Positions 25,801-38,362 are shown, numbered from the stretch's first letter. The stretch: 64,000 bases of DNA from a virus (IMGVR_UViG_3300021400_000447:1-64000), one strand, 5' to 3'. Program-made: numbers and translations. The notes: generated by a model not told the origin, from the sequence alone.

Positions 25801-27754
25801 CACTAACGTTTACCATGGCTTGCGTCTTTACGCGCCGTTCCCTGTAAACAATACACGCACATCAGCTTACGCAGAATTTGATGCTGGGTCGTATCTCAAA
25901 TTAAACAACGATACAGACGCAACAGCAGCAGATACTGGCGCATTACGTGTGTTGGGTGGCGCAAGCATATCCAAATCATTGTATGCTAAACTTGGTATAT
26001 TTGACGCAATTTAGAATTATGTCATCGTAGATCGTACATCCACAACAATGACTGCTGGCGAACCATATACAGTCTTTTAGGCAAAATATAAAAACACAAC
26101 TGGCGATGGTACTGCAACAATTAGTGCAATACGTGTTATTGGCACAGATGAAGCCGCAACAAGCTCTGGCGCGTTAAATAATGGATGTGTTTTAATTGGT
26201 AGCGGTACTGGTTGTGTATGGTTCTCCGCTGGTGAGAGTAGTTCTGCGTTCCCGAAAGTAGTTAGTTATAATGATGAGAACGCATATATTAGCGCAGACG
26301 CACATATTGAATTTTATTCTAGCAATAGTACGAATGCGGCCAACTTATCTACCGATAATATAAGACATATCGCGCACTTTGACAAGACAGGCACAACTAC
26401 ATTCTATAATAACATGACACTAGAAGCTGGTAGTATAACAGCAAATGCAGGTAATATTTTTTCTGGGACCGACAGCGCAAATGTGGAACGTGACGTTGGA
26501 GTTAAAACAACAGGCGGCGATTTGTATCTATACTCTACGCCAGCAGGCAATCGCGGTTTATATACTCACGCGCACGGTACTGGTGCGGCGAAAAATATTA
26601 TATCAATAGATACAAATAACAATGCTACTTTTGCTGGTCATAGTTCATTAGATATACCAATTAACTGGACAATTAGCAATGTAACACGCGGCATGGCAAA
26701 TCCCTCTTCCGACCTGTGGTATGGCGGCCGCACATTAATAGATTCGTCTGGTTTAACTGGCGATTTAACAAAACGTCTATATCGCGAAGAAGCATTAATA
26801 GAAACAAATGGAAATAACAGTTATTTTTTCCGCACTTACAACAACGCCGGCACGACAGCCGAACACGTTTATTTACGTCTACTTGCAGGCCCAGCGTCTA
26901 CAGGAATTAATAAACAAATAATAACAAATTCCGACTTCATAAGAGTAAATTCTGATACAGATCGTAATCTTGGTAGAGAGTTCAGAGCTACACGTGGAAC
27001 TCGTTCTATTGAATTTGGATTTGGAACTGCCGGTGTTAATCGTGGTATTTATGATACAACATTAGCATAGTGGGTGTTTTATTCAGATGATTCAAATACT
27101 TATTTAAGAACAGTATTACCTCTCGCAACAGAAACACAAGACTTAGGATCTGCGACTTACAAATGGCAAAATCTTTATACCAAAGGCATCTAGGCAGATA
27201 CAATTACAATTACAGACACAAACGCAGTTAGACACTTGAGGTTCTCACGTACAGGTTGGAACTATATTACTGCACCGAAAGGTGGCAGCCTTGCTTTTAG
27301 TGTAGGAGATTTCGCTGGCACTGGCACATGTCCACTATTAATTACTGGCACAATAAATGACAGCAATCAACTTACAGCTGGCGCACTATTTGCAGGATTG
27401 ACTAGTGTAGTTGATTTGGGTAGAAATACTAATTACTTCAAAACAGCATATATTAACACAGTTTCTGCATATGAATTATTATATTTAAATTCTGGTTCAA
27501 ATACTAAAGCAATAGTATTCTAGCAAGGCGGTACTGAGCGTGCACGAATCAATACCAAAGGCCATCTACAAGTCAATACAAAAGTAGCACAAGATGCATT
27601 TGGTATTTTAGCTAACGATGCTATTGGTACAACTTCTCGCTATAGCTTTACATCTATACCTGTTAATGACGACGCAACAGCGCAAACAGTAAATGAGCAC
27701 GCATATATGCAATACAACACTGCTGATGATAGTATAGACTTTATTTTTAATTAA
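22826..27754 (+). CDS. Long tail-fibre/receptor-binding protein (~1642 aa)
   Basis: Eight track fragments in frame; gaps open except TAG; YLPLSGG.MTG, SPAFTGTPTAPT, DLGS....W..LY motifs; ends TAA. Confidence 0.8.
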
Positions 27755-27771
27755 TACGAGGTGGTAATTAT

Positions 27772-30279
27772 ATGAGTCTAAAACTATGGTTACCACTTCG
27801 TGGTAATTTAAATAATTAGGGCATTAGTGACGCTACGGCAACCAATGGCGGCGGTGTCACTTTTGCCTCATCTGGCAATTTTGGTAGCAACGCAAGATTC
27901 CCTGGGTCATCTACAGGTTTCTTGCGGTTGCCACCACTACTACAAGCAACAGATGAGTTTACAATAGCCTTTTGGATGAAGCTAGATAGCATTACTTCCA
28001 ATGTTACATTTTATAGCCAACGCAACGCAGCGAATGCAACAGGATTTACAATATTTTATGTTTCAAGCAATACAGTTATTAGATTTGATGACGGCAGCAC
28101 ATTAAATGCCACATTGCCATCCGCCGCTGCTAATAAATGGTATCATGTTGTTTGTTGCCGCGACTCAGAAAAGAAATATATTTATATTAATGGAATTCTT
28201 GCAGCTTCTGGAAATAAAGGCACGCCAAGCGCAGTAAATAGCAATTACTCTTTAATCGGCGGTTCTCAAGCGAATGCAGCAGGGTCTACACCAACAGCAA
28301 ACTATATGGCAGGATATCTTAATGATTATCGTATATATGACCATTGTATTTCCGCGGTTGAAGCGCATGAACTGTCACAAGGTTTATTATTGCATTATAC
28401 ATTTGAAACAGCCAATTGCGGTCGTCCAAATTTAATTCTTAATGGTTTGCCGCATCTAAAAAATGTTACAAGCAATTGGAGTGCTTGGGTAAATAGTGGC
28501 GGCTGGCAAGCACCAATTTACTGTGAAGAGAATGGATATAGTTTTATGCGAGCAAAGTGTTTAATCAGCGGAAAGCAAGGTGGTATACACCATCCACCAG
28601 CAGATTATACTGCTTTAAAAAATGGAGTAACATATACATTATCAGCTTTTATCCGTGCTAGCGCGCCATGTCAAATTCGTTTTTATCAGGAATACATGAC
28701 CACGACTAATATAATAGACATATCCACTGAATGGAAATTTTATTCTTATAGTTGCGCATTAGATACTAGTAAAGCAAATCACTCGGACGTATTTTACTGC
28801 ATGCCAGAAACAGCAGTTGAAGGTTTAACTATTGATATCAGAATGGTCAAACTAGAAGAAGGCGATGGAGCAACTGCGTGGCGGCCGCACGTTAATGATT
28901 CAATTGCAAGTCTGTACAATGGAGGCATCTCAAATGACGCAGGATATAAAATTCCAAATAGCATTACAGGCACTATAATTAGTGCAGGAACAAATGCAAG
29001 AGGTAAAAGTGGTATATATCTGCCGCATGATACTGCGACTACAATAGACATTTGTCTACCAAATGAAGACACAAATACCTGCGATTTTTCTAAAATACCA
29101 CAAGGTACATTTAGTATGTGGATAAATAGACATAGTACGAATACTGGATGGCGGCATTATGCGTATTTTGCTAGCAATTATAACTGGACTGGAGTTACTG
29201 CTGACTTTTTAATTATTGGCTCCACTGGCGGCGCAGGGCTTACAATGGATTGTTGTAGCAATACTTTTGGTTATACTCCGAATTTAAATGAATGGAACAT
29301 GTATACAATTAGTTGGGACTTGGATGCGCATATTGCAAAGATGTATGTAAATGGGGAACTCAAAGCAACAAAAAATGATGATAAAATAAATACTACCTAT
29401 GCAGCAACGTCCGCTACGTCACACTACATTGGTAATGCATGGAATGATACTAGCGCCTCACACGGTGCGCTTGGTATTCAAAGTGACTATTCTATAGATG
29501 ATGTGCGCATCTACAGCACTTGTTTACTTGACTCAGATATAAAAATGTTATATAATACTAGTATGAGAATAGACAAAAATAATAACATTCATCCATTTAA
29601 TTTATTTGAAGGCGCGAAAAATGACATTGATAGACGAGGAAATCTAAATTGTAATACATTCTCAGAATATAATGGAATGTCCTTTTTAAAATATGATCCT
29701 GATTTATATATAGAAGATGACGGTAGCTGTTGGGTTCATATTTTTCACCATTGCAATCCACATGGCGCAGCTTTTACTCAAGGTGATACATTTGATACAT
29801 CATGTTATATTGATGCAGATCGTTGGTTTAATGTAGAAGTTTGTAATTATATAGATAAATGGGAATTAATGACTAAATTTACTAAAACATATCTGGATAC
29901 AGTAAGAGTATCACGATGGATACAGACAGCAAATCCATTAACTGCCACTTTTGCAGAAACAACAGCGAGTAAAATTACACGTATTCGCGCGGATGATGGA
30001 GTTAATAGTTATTGGGGCGGAATTTATAAATTAAATAATTCTAAAACTTATTTAACAACTAACGATGGGACAGATGGACACTGGTATGGCGACTATGGTT
30101 GTTTTATAACGGATTGGGCAAATGGCGGTATTCCTGGTTTTTCTAGTGGTACAAATGACTGTATTTCCACTGGCACTATTGATTTATACGTGCGCATAGA
30201 TAACGTAGATTTCAACAATGCTTCTGCAAAAACTACAAAAAATAACATGTGGATTGGAAATCAAATCATAGAGCGTTAA
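27772..30279 (+). CDS. Tail protein with two LamG/concanavalin-A-like domains and a carbohydrate-binding-like domain (~835 aa)
   Basis: WLPL.G.LNN-Q(TAG)-G; FTIAFW.K, WYHV, LNDYRIYDHC.S, IDDVRIY motifs. Confidence 0.8.
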
Positions 30280-30293
30280 AGGAGGAGAAAAGT

Positions 30294-32876
30294 ATGGCGT
30301 AGCTTAAGTGTACACTAATTTAGGGCAGTGCTAGAATTACTGACACGCTCTATGTAAATAGTATTTTGAATAAAAACTTTAATACAGATTTATTAAACGT
30401 AAGTGTTGGCACAAGCGGATCTGATGTTGATTATGGCATTAATTATGTAGATGAGAATGGTACTGTAAAAATGCACATTGGTACTGCGCCGGGTGGTGGA
30501 AGTGGAATTTATGGGACTGGCGATATTTGGCTTAGGCCAGGCTCTGGCGCAATAAATACTGCATATGGCGCGAGAATGACAACGACATCTTTTTATCCAA
30601 CAGCAACAGATGCATTAACTCTTGGCACATCTTCCATGAGATGGGGAGATTTGTTTGCAAACCATGCTGATATTAAAGGAGAACTTTTGATTTCTAGTGA
30701 TACCACAACATCCGATGACATCCCGGCTAGAATTAAATTCTAGGTTAACGACACTACAACAGGAAAAACTTATGAAAGATTTGTGTTTGGCGCATATCAA
30801 GATCATAAAGCTACCGGTTCAACTGGCTTTAATTTTATTATTAATCCTGGTGGAGCTTTAATAATGGGTGGCGGAGAAAGTGCATAGAGTTTTTATTCAG
30901 CTCGCATGAAAAACAGCGGCGAGGAAAGCGCGCATTTATTAGCAGACACTTATATTTGCATTGAATCTAATGCTCAAACAATTGGTAACTAGAACGGTAT
31001 GTATATAAATAGTGATCATACAATTGTTCCATCAGTTAATAGCACATAGGCAAATAATGTCGGTTCAATAGGTAGCAGTGCGAATAAATGGGCTAATATG
31101 TATGCGACTACGTTTCATGGCGATAAGGGTAAATTTAAAGCGACAGACGAGGACAATCTTGTTAATATTAGCACTGGCAAAAATCCATGGCCATATATTT
31201 CTTTTGGTTCGCTTGAAAACTCAAGTTCAACTTCATATAGTTTTGGCTCTGATGAAAAATGGGGACAAGTATATTGTCAAATTAGGGCGTCAAATAAAGC
31301 AGGAACAACATATTATGCGCCACGATTTTTCTTTAGGGTTTATAGTCCAGTAGCTAATTCACTTAGTCACGCTCAAACAACAGGCAACGATCCAAGTCCA
31401 ACCTATGAGACATATCAATTACCTGTCGTTACCACTGGTTTAACCAGTAATAAAACATATCAAATTTTAAATACAAAAGAATTATCTCCGATTACTGATA
31501 TGATATTCAGCTATGGTGGCGACACATCTAAAATTCCCGCATTAGACAATGGAACCGATCTTAATACACTAGGCATAGGTATTACACGAATAATTAATAG
31601 TACTGCCGCAAAAACAATGTCAAACACACCAAATGGAACTAATATTAGTTGCGGAGGCACAGTATACACAATTGGTGGATACAACAATACAACAAGCCAA
31701 TTTGGTATGCAAATTTACCGTGGTAGTAATCCGCAAAAAACATGGGTACGTTATGAAGGCAGCACGCATGGCACATATGGAGGATGGTATAAATTCCCTT
31801 ATATCGCGCCAGCAGAAAGTTCGATTGGCGGTAGTACAACTAGCGTTTATGTTAATGGTTCTGGGCAATTAGTACAAGGTAGTGCATTTGTCCCAAAAAC
31901 TGGCGGTGCGTTTACTGGGGATATTTCTACGAGTGGAAAATTAACCGTTGGAACAAATTTATATACCGGGCCAGATGGATCACATGGACTCAATATGAAC
32001 AACAGCGATCTTGTGAATGTTAATGGCATTTTCACAAAGGATCTCGCTGATACTTTTGGCGAAGGATATATGTTTAAACGTTCTAATAATAATTGGGATG
32101 GTTTTGCTGCTCATGATGGAATTTTCTATTTTGGCGCTAATTTGGGTGCATATAACAGCGGTTTAGGCGGAACAGCCACATTAAATGCTTATAATTTTAT
32201 TCGTGATGGTATTAATACAAATTGGATACAAGGTCGTGATGCAGCCCTTTTAAAAATGTAGAGTAAAACTACTGCTGATCACTATAATGCGTGTATTAGT
32301 ATGGTCGGAACAACATATTCATGGGAAGAAGGATTATACACAAATGATACATTATGTTGGACAGCATGCCCAACATCTAACTATTCAACTAATACCAACA
32401 GTGGATATAAGCAAATGAAGCTCACGACAGACGGCGTTTTAGAGGCTATACAAGTTAAAAACGCAGTCTGGAATGACTACGCAGAATACCGTAAAACCAA
32501 CCCAGACGTAAAATATGGCCAAACAGTAATCGATAACGATGATGGCTCACTATCCATCGCAAATGCACGCTTACTCCCTGGCGCACAAGTAGTATCCGAC
32601 ACTTGGGGTCACATCATGGGCGAAACTGATGATGCAAAGACTCCAGTTGCAGTTGCTGGACGAGTTCTAGCCTATCCATATCGTGATAGAAATGAATATC
32701 ACGCAGGTCAAGCAGTTTGCACAGCACCAAATGGTACAATAGACATCATGACACGAGAAGAAATTCGTGACTATCCAGATTGTATTGTTGGAATAGTAAG
32801 CGAAATCCCATCATATGAAACATGGGGCAGCAACAATATTAATGTTGATGGACGCATTTGGATAAAAATAAAATAA
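30294..32876 (+). CDS. Tail-fibre protein with C-terminal intramolecular chaperone/autocleavage domain (~860 aa)
   Basis: AAGGAGG RBS; MAQLK..LIQGS.R start; VWNDYAEY and PVAVAGRVL..I.GIVS C-terminal motifs. Confidence 0.8.
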
Positions 32877-32960
32877 TTTAAATGATTCTTATTGAATAAA
32901 TCTCACATAAATATAGAATAGATAGTATATCCAACTATCTAAATAAAAGAGGTGTTTTTT

Positions 32961-33281
32961 ATGGCTCAAATAATTTTTAATGGACTTTCTTCTAAGCCAT
33001 TTACTCTAAATTCTTACAATCGTACGACAACACTCGATGGCGCAAACAACATCTCCAGTACTGCTTATATGCAAATTATTCCAGATGGCAGCACTATTGC
33101 AACATTAACCTCCCTAATGACACAGGGAATTAACCACATTCTAATTAAGAATGATGCTGGTGAAACTATTTATGTACTAGGCGATCTTGCTGGTAAAATC
33201 ACTTCCATGCAAGAAGCATTTAATGGCGGCGAACGTGTAGAGGTTTATCTAAACTTAACAACAAACGCCGCAGAACAATAA
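32961..33281 (+). CDS. Hypothetical protein
   Basis: AGAGGTG RBS; ends TAA before terminator. Confidence 0.65.
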   Translation: MAQIIFNGLSSKPFTLNSYNRTTTLDGANNISSTAYMQIIPDGSTIATLTSLMTQGINHILIKNDAGETIYVLGDLAGKITSMQEAFNGGERVEVYLNLTTNAAEQ

Positions 33282-33282
33282 T

Positions 33283-33304
33283 AGGAGGGGCAACCCTCCT
33301 TTTT
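33283..33304 (+). terminator. Intrinsic terminator
   Basis: AGGAGGG-GCAA-CCCTCCT-TTTT. Confidence 0.8.
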
Positions 33305-33329
33305 AATTACCTAAAAGGAAGTGATTGAT

Positions 33330-33587
33330 ATGAATATAATGAGTCGTCGCGGCCAACTAGATAATGTGGTCACATACGAGCACATTTGCGACACACGGGC
33401 GGATATGGCTAATATTGATCCGCAATACATTACTTTAGGTACAATTTGTTTGGTTTTAAAGGGTGAAGTCGGTCTTGAAGTCTATATGGCTGGTAGTGAT
33501 AAACAATGGGTAGACATTCTTACAGCCTTTAATTCCCAAGAAGAAGAAACAACTCCTGATGAGGGCGATAACGGTGGTGAAGGATAA
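33330..33587 (+). CDS. Small acidic tail-region protein
   Basis: AAGGAAGTG RBS; TAATG coupling to next gene. Confidence 0.65.
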   Translation: MNIMSRRGQLDNVVTYEHICDTRADMANIDPQYITLGTICLVLKGEVGLEVYMAGSDKQWVDILTAFNSQEEETTPDEGDNGGEG

Positions 33588-35593
33588 TGGCGATTGATAT
33601 AATTGATGTTATATTAGGACGCGCATTGTCTTCAACCGGCCAGATAGATACATATGCTGCAAAGGCAGCCAAAGCAGCGAAGGACGCTACTGCTGCGGCA
33701 ACAAACGCGCAAACAGCAGTAACTAATATAACAACTATAACTGAAGAAACACAAGCAAATAATGAACTTGCGCAGCAAACTGTAACACAAGTACAGACTG
33801 CATTGCAGGATTTGCAAAACGCAATTGATTCTATGGAATCTCCACAGATAGACATAGCCGCGGTTCAAGAAGAGATAAAGAAAATTTATTTCTACGAATT
33901 AACGCACAATTATGGCACATCCGCGACCGGCACAGATTATTTTATTGTCTATCCAGATGGAGAAGAAGATGGACTTTTTTCTACAAAATTATACAAACAA
34001 ACAGGCCAGAATACCGATGCACCAATGACGCAAAAGGCAGTAACAGACGCAATATCTTCTGAAATTAATGTTGCAATTACTAACCTTTCTAACACAATTA
34101 ATCAGCGTATCAATAATCTTGTTATTGAAGGCGGTACTGGTTCTATTAATCTTGGTATGGATAATGAAGGCCATTTGATTATTGTAGGCCCAGATGGACA
34201 GCCAATTGCGGCATCCTCCACAGAAGAAGAATTGATAGAGGCTTTAGTAAAGTCTGGTTCTTATCACTTGAAAGGTAGTGTAGGCGTAGAGAATGACTAT
34301 GAAAATAAAGTTACCCTTCGTTCACAGGATGCGCTAACCGATGGTTCATTAACTGAAGTCTTTGATGCGCTACCAATGTTTGGAGGCAGAAAGCGTTGCA
34401 ATGTAGATGATAACGGACAAATTACTGCCTTTTATGGTGACGCAAATTACGCTGAAGATGGCAGTAATGGTTAGGTTATGGTATATCAACCTAAATTCTA
34501 CTATTCTCGCGTTATTATTAAGTCTACATCTTCTACAAATGGTACAGCTATTCGTAAGGAAGCATTAATCTTAACACCCACAAAGCAAGGGCCAAATTTC
34601 AAAATCCATCCGCTATTTATAAATGAAGATGGAGAAGAAGTAGAATATGTGCTACTTGCCGCATATGATGGCTGTGTATATGATGCTTCTGACTCCGCTT
34701 ATGCAACAACATCTGCGCTTACTATTGATTATGCCAACGATAAACTTTCTTCTATTGCCGGCGCAAAACCAATTACAGGCGTTTATGGTAGCGGGTTAAC
34801 CATGACAAACGCAGAACAGCTCGCGCGCAATCGTGGCGCTGGATGGCACATCACCAATCTTGCGGCAGAAAGTGCACAATAGATGCTTATGATGACAGAA
34901 TTTGGCTCACCTAACGGACAATTCTCATTAGAGCGCGGCATTGTTGACATCACAAGCGTAAGCGGGAAAAACTGTACATCCTTAACTGGCTCTACCAATA
35001 TCCTTGGAAATGCAACTGGTGCAGCAGAAGTAACAACAAATGAGGCGGGTGGTAATGTACAAGATTACACTGTTGATGGTAAGCGCGCGATTAGCTATCG
35101 TGGAGTAGAAAATCCATGGGGTAACATTTGGCGTTATGTTGGAGGAACATTTATTTCCGGTCATGGCGCATCTAATGGCGGCCATCCATATGTATGTAAG
35201 AATTTTAACTATAATTTTAGTGAAGATTCTGAAGATTTTGATCAGCTTCCATTTGTCCTTCCAGCCGCACATACATGGATTTATGCGCTAGCAGATTGCG
35301 GAGCAGATTATGACTGGGTTTATATGCCGATTGAGTGCTCTAGCAACCTTGCCAACAGTGCGTTACCTTTTGGTGACAATCTATGGACTTCACCAAGTCT
35401 AAATGGCGTAAATTCTTGCTTGGCTGGCGGTAGTTGGGGCAGCGCAGAAAATGCTGGTATGTTCTACTATGGATGCGATATGGGTATTAATGAATCTGGT
35501 AATTCAAGTGGTGCAAAGTTAATGTTCATTCCTCACAAAGATTCTATTTATCAAGCAAATTATACTAAATGGCAAGCATTAGCAGGAGGTTGA
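33587..35593 (+). CDS. Tail/collar protein with C-terminal C-type-lectin-like (FGE/Mtd-like) domain (~668 aa), 2 TAG
   Basis: G-Q(TAG)-VMVYQPKFYY, HP.F......YVLLAAYDG, YRGVENPWGNIW, GGSWGS motifs. Confidence 0.75.
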
Positions 35594-35598
35594 TAATA

Positions 35599-35844
35599 AT
35601 GGTTAATTATGGCATTGTGCATAGCGAATCATCTCCAGCTGAAATAGAGATTACAGATTATAACGTATATGTTGCAAGTAATATCCATCAATACCATGCA
35701 GAGATAGACGGGCATGAAGTAAACGGTTATGAATATAATTATGTTAAATACACAAAAGATGAATATATTCAATTGCTTGCATAGCAATCTCAACGTCTAG
35801 AGGAAGAACTCGCTGCCACTAAAATACTTTTGGGGGTGGAGTAA
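35599..35844 (+). CDS. Small tail-assembly-type protein, 1 TAG
   Basis: GGAGG RBS; YEYN...YTKDEYIQL motif; ends TAA. Confidence 0.6.
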
Positions 35845-35847
35845 TCT

Positions 35848-36258
35848 ATGACATTAATTGAATTAGCACGTAAATTACGCCCCTTTATAGAAAAAGCAGC
35901 AATTTCTCTTGATGATGCTGATGCACTTGAAGCAACAAATTTATTTCCAAATTGGACTGCCACTAAGGCTGACGGCTACAAAGCAGGTGAACGAGTAAGA
36001 TATGAAGGCATTTTGTACAAATGCCTACAAGATCATACTCCACAGGAAGATTGGAATCCAATCGCGGCGGCCAGTTTATGGGCAAAAGTATTGATCCCAG
36101 ACGAGAATGCAATCCCAGAGTGGGAGCAACCAAGCGCAAATAACGCATACAAAACTGGCGATAAAGTTATGTTTGAAGGAAAGGTTTATGAATCTTTAAT
36201 TGACAATAATGTATGGTCTCCCACAGCCTATCCGGCAGGGTGGAAAGAGATTCCATAA
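35848..36258 (+). CDS. Protein with two CBM5/12-like carbohydrate-binding repeats
   Basis: W.....YKAGERVRYEG.LYKC.Q.HT..W.P and YKTGDKV.FEGKVYESLID.NVWSP. Confidence 0.75.
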   Translation: MTLIELARKLRPFIEKAAISLDDADALEATNLFPNWTATKADGYKAGERVRYEGILYKCLQDHTPQEDWNPIAAASLWAKVLIPDENAIPEWEQPSANNAYKTGDKVMFEGKVYESLIDNNVWSPTAYPAGWKEIP

Positions 36259-36263
36259 AAAAA

Positions 36264-36292
36264 TTGACTTTTTCAAATATTTATGTTATAAT
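36264..36292 (+). promoter_or_regulatory. sigmaA promoter at start of early region
   Basis: TTGACT-17-TATAAT, TG extension. Confidence 0.8.
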
Positions 36293-36376
36293 ACTTTTAG
36301 TGAATGGGAGATGAGATTCTCCCATCCACTAAAAATGCGGGAAAGGAACCGCAAGAAATAAGGAGAGGAACTTATT

Positions 36377-36727
36377 ATGATTCGTATTTATTCTGACAAG
36401 ACACAGCGTTTCTATGATTCAGTAGAAGAGGCAACTAAGGCTGAAGTTGAAGCCAAGGAAGCCGAAAATCGTGAGAAGATTCTGGCCGAACGTAAGGCCG
36501 CTGAAGCGAAGGCGGCCAAGGCAAAGGAAGCGGCTGACCGCAAGGCTAAGGCAGATGAAATTGAAGCTCTGCGCAAGGCTATGGTAGCGGCGCAGCAGAA
36601 GTATCGGGACGCCCTAACCGAGTTCTGCAAGAAGTATGGCACATATCACACTTCTATCAGCTCTGCCGATGGTATTCCTACACTATTTGATATGTTTGAT
36701 GTACCAAATCTACTTTCTCTACTGTAA
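36377..36727 (+). CDS. Ala/Glu/Lys-rich coiled-coil protein
   Basis: AGGAGAGG RBS; no TAG; ends TAA. Confidence 0.75.
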   Translation: MIRIYSDKTQRFYDSVEEATKAEVEAKEAENREKILAERKAAEAKAAKAKEAADRKAKADEIEALRKAMVAAQQKYRDALTEFCKKYGTYHTSISSADGIPTLFDMFDVPNLLSLL

Positions 36728-36729
36728 AA

Positions 36730-37315
36730 AACGGGGCGAAAGCCCCTTCATCGGTATGTCGTTTGGAGCAAAGACCACATTATATAATGGTGACGAGAGT
36801 TTAAGTCTCTTCATACCGAAAGTAATCTGTGCTTGAACATGGATTGCAATGCTTCTAAAGAAGCGAATTTTCGTAAGGTTTTGTTCAGTTCAAGCTAAAA
36901 AAATCTTACCGTGAGTTGTTTCTTATTCATGAATTACAGGTGGATAGGAAGATTGACGTTACAAATACCGAGAAACCCCTTCTTGTTAAGCTATTCCGGA
37001 GTAGCAAGGAACCTGTAGTCGGATTATTATACCCGTTAAAGTATAATAGCGGGCATCCAGCTATATCGAGGGCCGTTGAGACATCCGTTATTTGCTCGTC
37101 TTACGCAGATGTAACATGCGTACTATGGCTTGCCGCAGCGATGTAAAAATTGCGGCCGCTCGGAGACAATACGCGATTGTTCCCGGCAAAATTGCTCGTA
37201 AGAAAGAAAATTATTGAATGTTTAACCGTGGATGTTTATGACCTTGTGGTTTCACAAGCGATAAAATGGAAGCTTAGTCAAATGTTTAATCATGAGTAAT
37301 TCTTACGAGCGATTT
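36730..37315 (+). ncRNA. Candidate large structured non-coding RNA
   Basis: No credible ORF; many paired segments, e.g. TCGGTATG/CATACCGA, GCTTGAAC/GTTCAAGC, TTACAGGT/ACCTGTAG, AAAATTGCTCGTAAGAA/TTCTTACGAGCGATTTT. Confidence 0.5.
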
Positions 37316-37318
37316 TAT

Positions 37319-37347
37319 TTGACCAAAATGGGAAAATCAGCTATAAT
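37319..37347 (+). promoter_or_regulatory. sigmaA promoter for tRNA-Ser and RNA ligase
   Basis: TTGACC-17-TATAAT. Confidence 0.8.
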
Positions 37348-37360
37348 AAATATAGACAGT

Positions 37361-37446
37361 GGGGAGGTACCCAAGTGGCCGAAGGGAGCGACCTACTAAG
37401 TCGCCAGCGCCTCACGGCGGCGTGGGTTCGAATCCCACCCTCCCCG
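37361..37446 (+). tRNA. tRNA-Ser(ACT), unusual A34 anticodon
   Basis: Acceptor GGGGAGG/CCTCCCC, G73, long variable arm, anticodon arm GCGAC-CTACTAA-GTCGC, T loop TTCGAAT. Confidence 0.85.
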
Positions 37447-37468
37447 TTGAAAAGAAAGGAGCCATACT

Positions 37469-38134
37469 ATGGAGAAGTACCATAAAATTGAGACGATGTT
37501 TGAGCGCGATACCGAAGGTAAGCATCAGCTTCGTTACGGCGTGTTTCGTGATGAGACTGTTGAATATCTTTCTCACATGGATTGGGAATGGACTGAGAAG
37601 GTCGATGGTACGAACGTTCGTGTACATTGGGACGGCTATCATGTTGAATTTGGTGGCCGCACCGATAATGCACAGATGCCAGTCTTTCTTATGGAAAAGC
37701 TAACGCAAATTTTCAAGACGCCCGCGGCTGAAGAGATGTTTGAGCAGCTTTTTGGAGAAAAAGATGTTATTCTCTTTGGCGAAGGATATGGTAATAGAAT
37801 CCAGAAGGTTGGCTCTTGTTATATTCCTGATGGTGTTGGTTTTATCCTGTTCGATGTGATGATTGGCGGAAACTATCAGCCTCGTGATAGTGTTGTAAAG
37901 ATCGCAGAAGCGTTCTCTATTTCTGTTGTGCCGATTGTTGGGCGTGGAACTCTGTTCGATGCTCTTCGATATGTCGCAACGCATCCTACTTCCATTGTCG
38001 CGCAGAAGGAATGCGGAATGGAAGGCGTTGTTTGCCGACCAATGATTGAGCTTCGTGACCGTTGTGGTAAGCGTGTGATTGTTAAAATTAAGTGGAATGA
38101 TGTAAAGGAGCTAATTGAAAGTGATCAGATTTAA
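37469..38134 (+). CDS. RNA ligase (Rnl2-like nucleotidyltransferase)
   Basis: YHKI, WTEKVDGTN motif I, LFGEGYG, FILFDV, EGVVCRP, VKIK; no TAG. Confidence 0.85.
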   Translation: MEKYHKIETMFERDTEGKHQLRYGVFRDETVEYLSHMDWEWTEKVDGTNVRVHWDGYHVEFGGRTDNAQMPVFLMEKLTQIFKTPAAEEMFEQLFGEKDVILFGEGYGNRIQKVGSCYIPDGVGFILFDVMIGGNYQPRDSVVKIAEAFSISVVPIVGRGTLFDALRYVATHPTSIVAQKECGMEGVVCRPMIELRDRCGKRVIVKIKWNDVKELIESDQI

Positions 38135-38333
38135 GATTAGTTATTGGGATGAAGATGCAAAAGACGCCATCACTGAACATGGTATTGCGGCAATTAAGAC
38201 TTCAATTGGAGCTACTGTGGATGAAATTTATCAGTATTATGGCGCGGAGAACGTTTATGAACTATTCTTTTATGAGCTTGAGAGTTCAATTGTTCCTGAT
38301 GAACTACATGGTTTTCTTCGTGAGAATGAGTAA
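38115..38333 (+). CDS. Small acidic hypothetical protein (start uncertain)
   Basis: Fills gap between ligase and next promoter. Confidence 0.5.
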   Translation: MKVIRFKISYWDEDAKDAITEHGIAAIKTSIGATVDEIYQYYGAENVYELFFYELESSIVPDELHGFLRENE

Positions 38334-38362
38334 TTGACTTTAGAAAAAAATTTTGATATAAT
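38334..38362 (+). promoter_or_regulatory. sigmaA promoter
   Basis: TTGACT-17-TATAAT, TG extension. Confidence 0.8.

Noticed and set aside
35390-35593. Diversity-generating retroelement target (GGSW C-terminal lectin motif; Mtd_N-like domains nearby)
   Set aside because: No reverse transcriptase or template repeat seen in this window; cannot exclude one elsewhere
3068-36258. Fragmented ORFs as pseudogenes, frameshifts or a decayed prophage
   Set aside because: All breaks are in-frame TAG only, fragments share one frame, and TAG aligns with Gln codons in internal repeats
36730-37315. tmRNA, RNase P RNA or 6S RNA
   Set aside because: No tRNA-like ends, tag frame or GAGGAAAGTCC-type signature recognised
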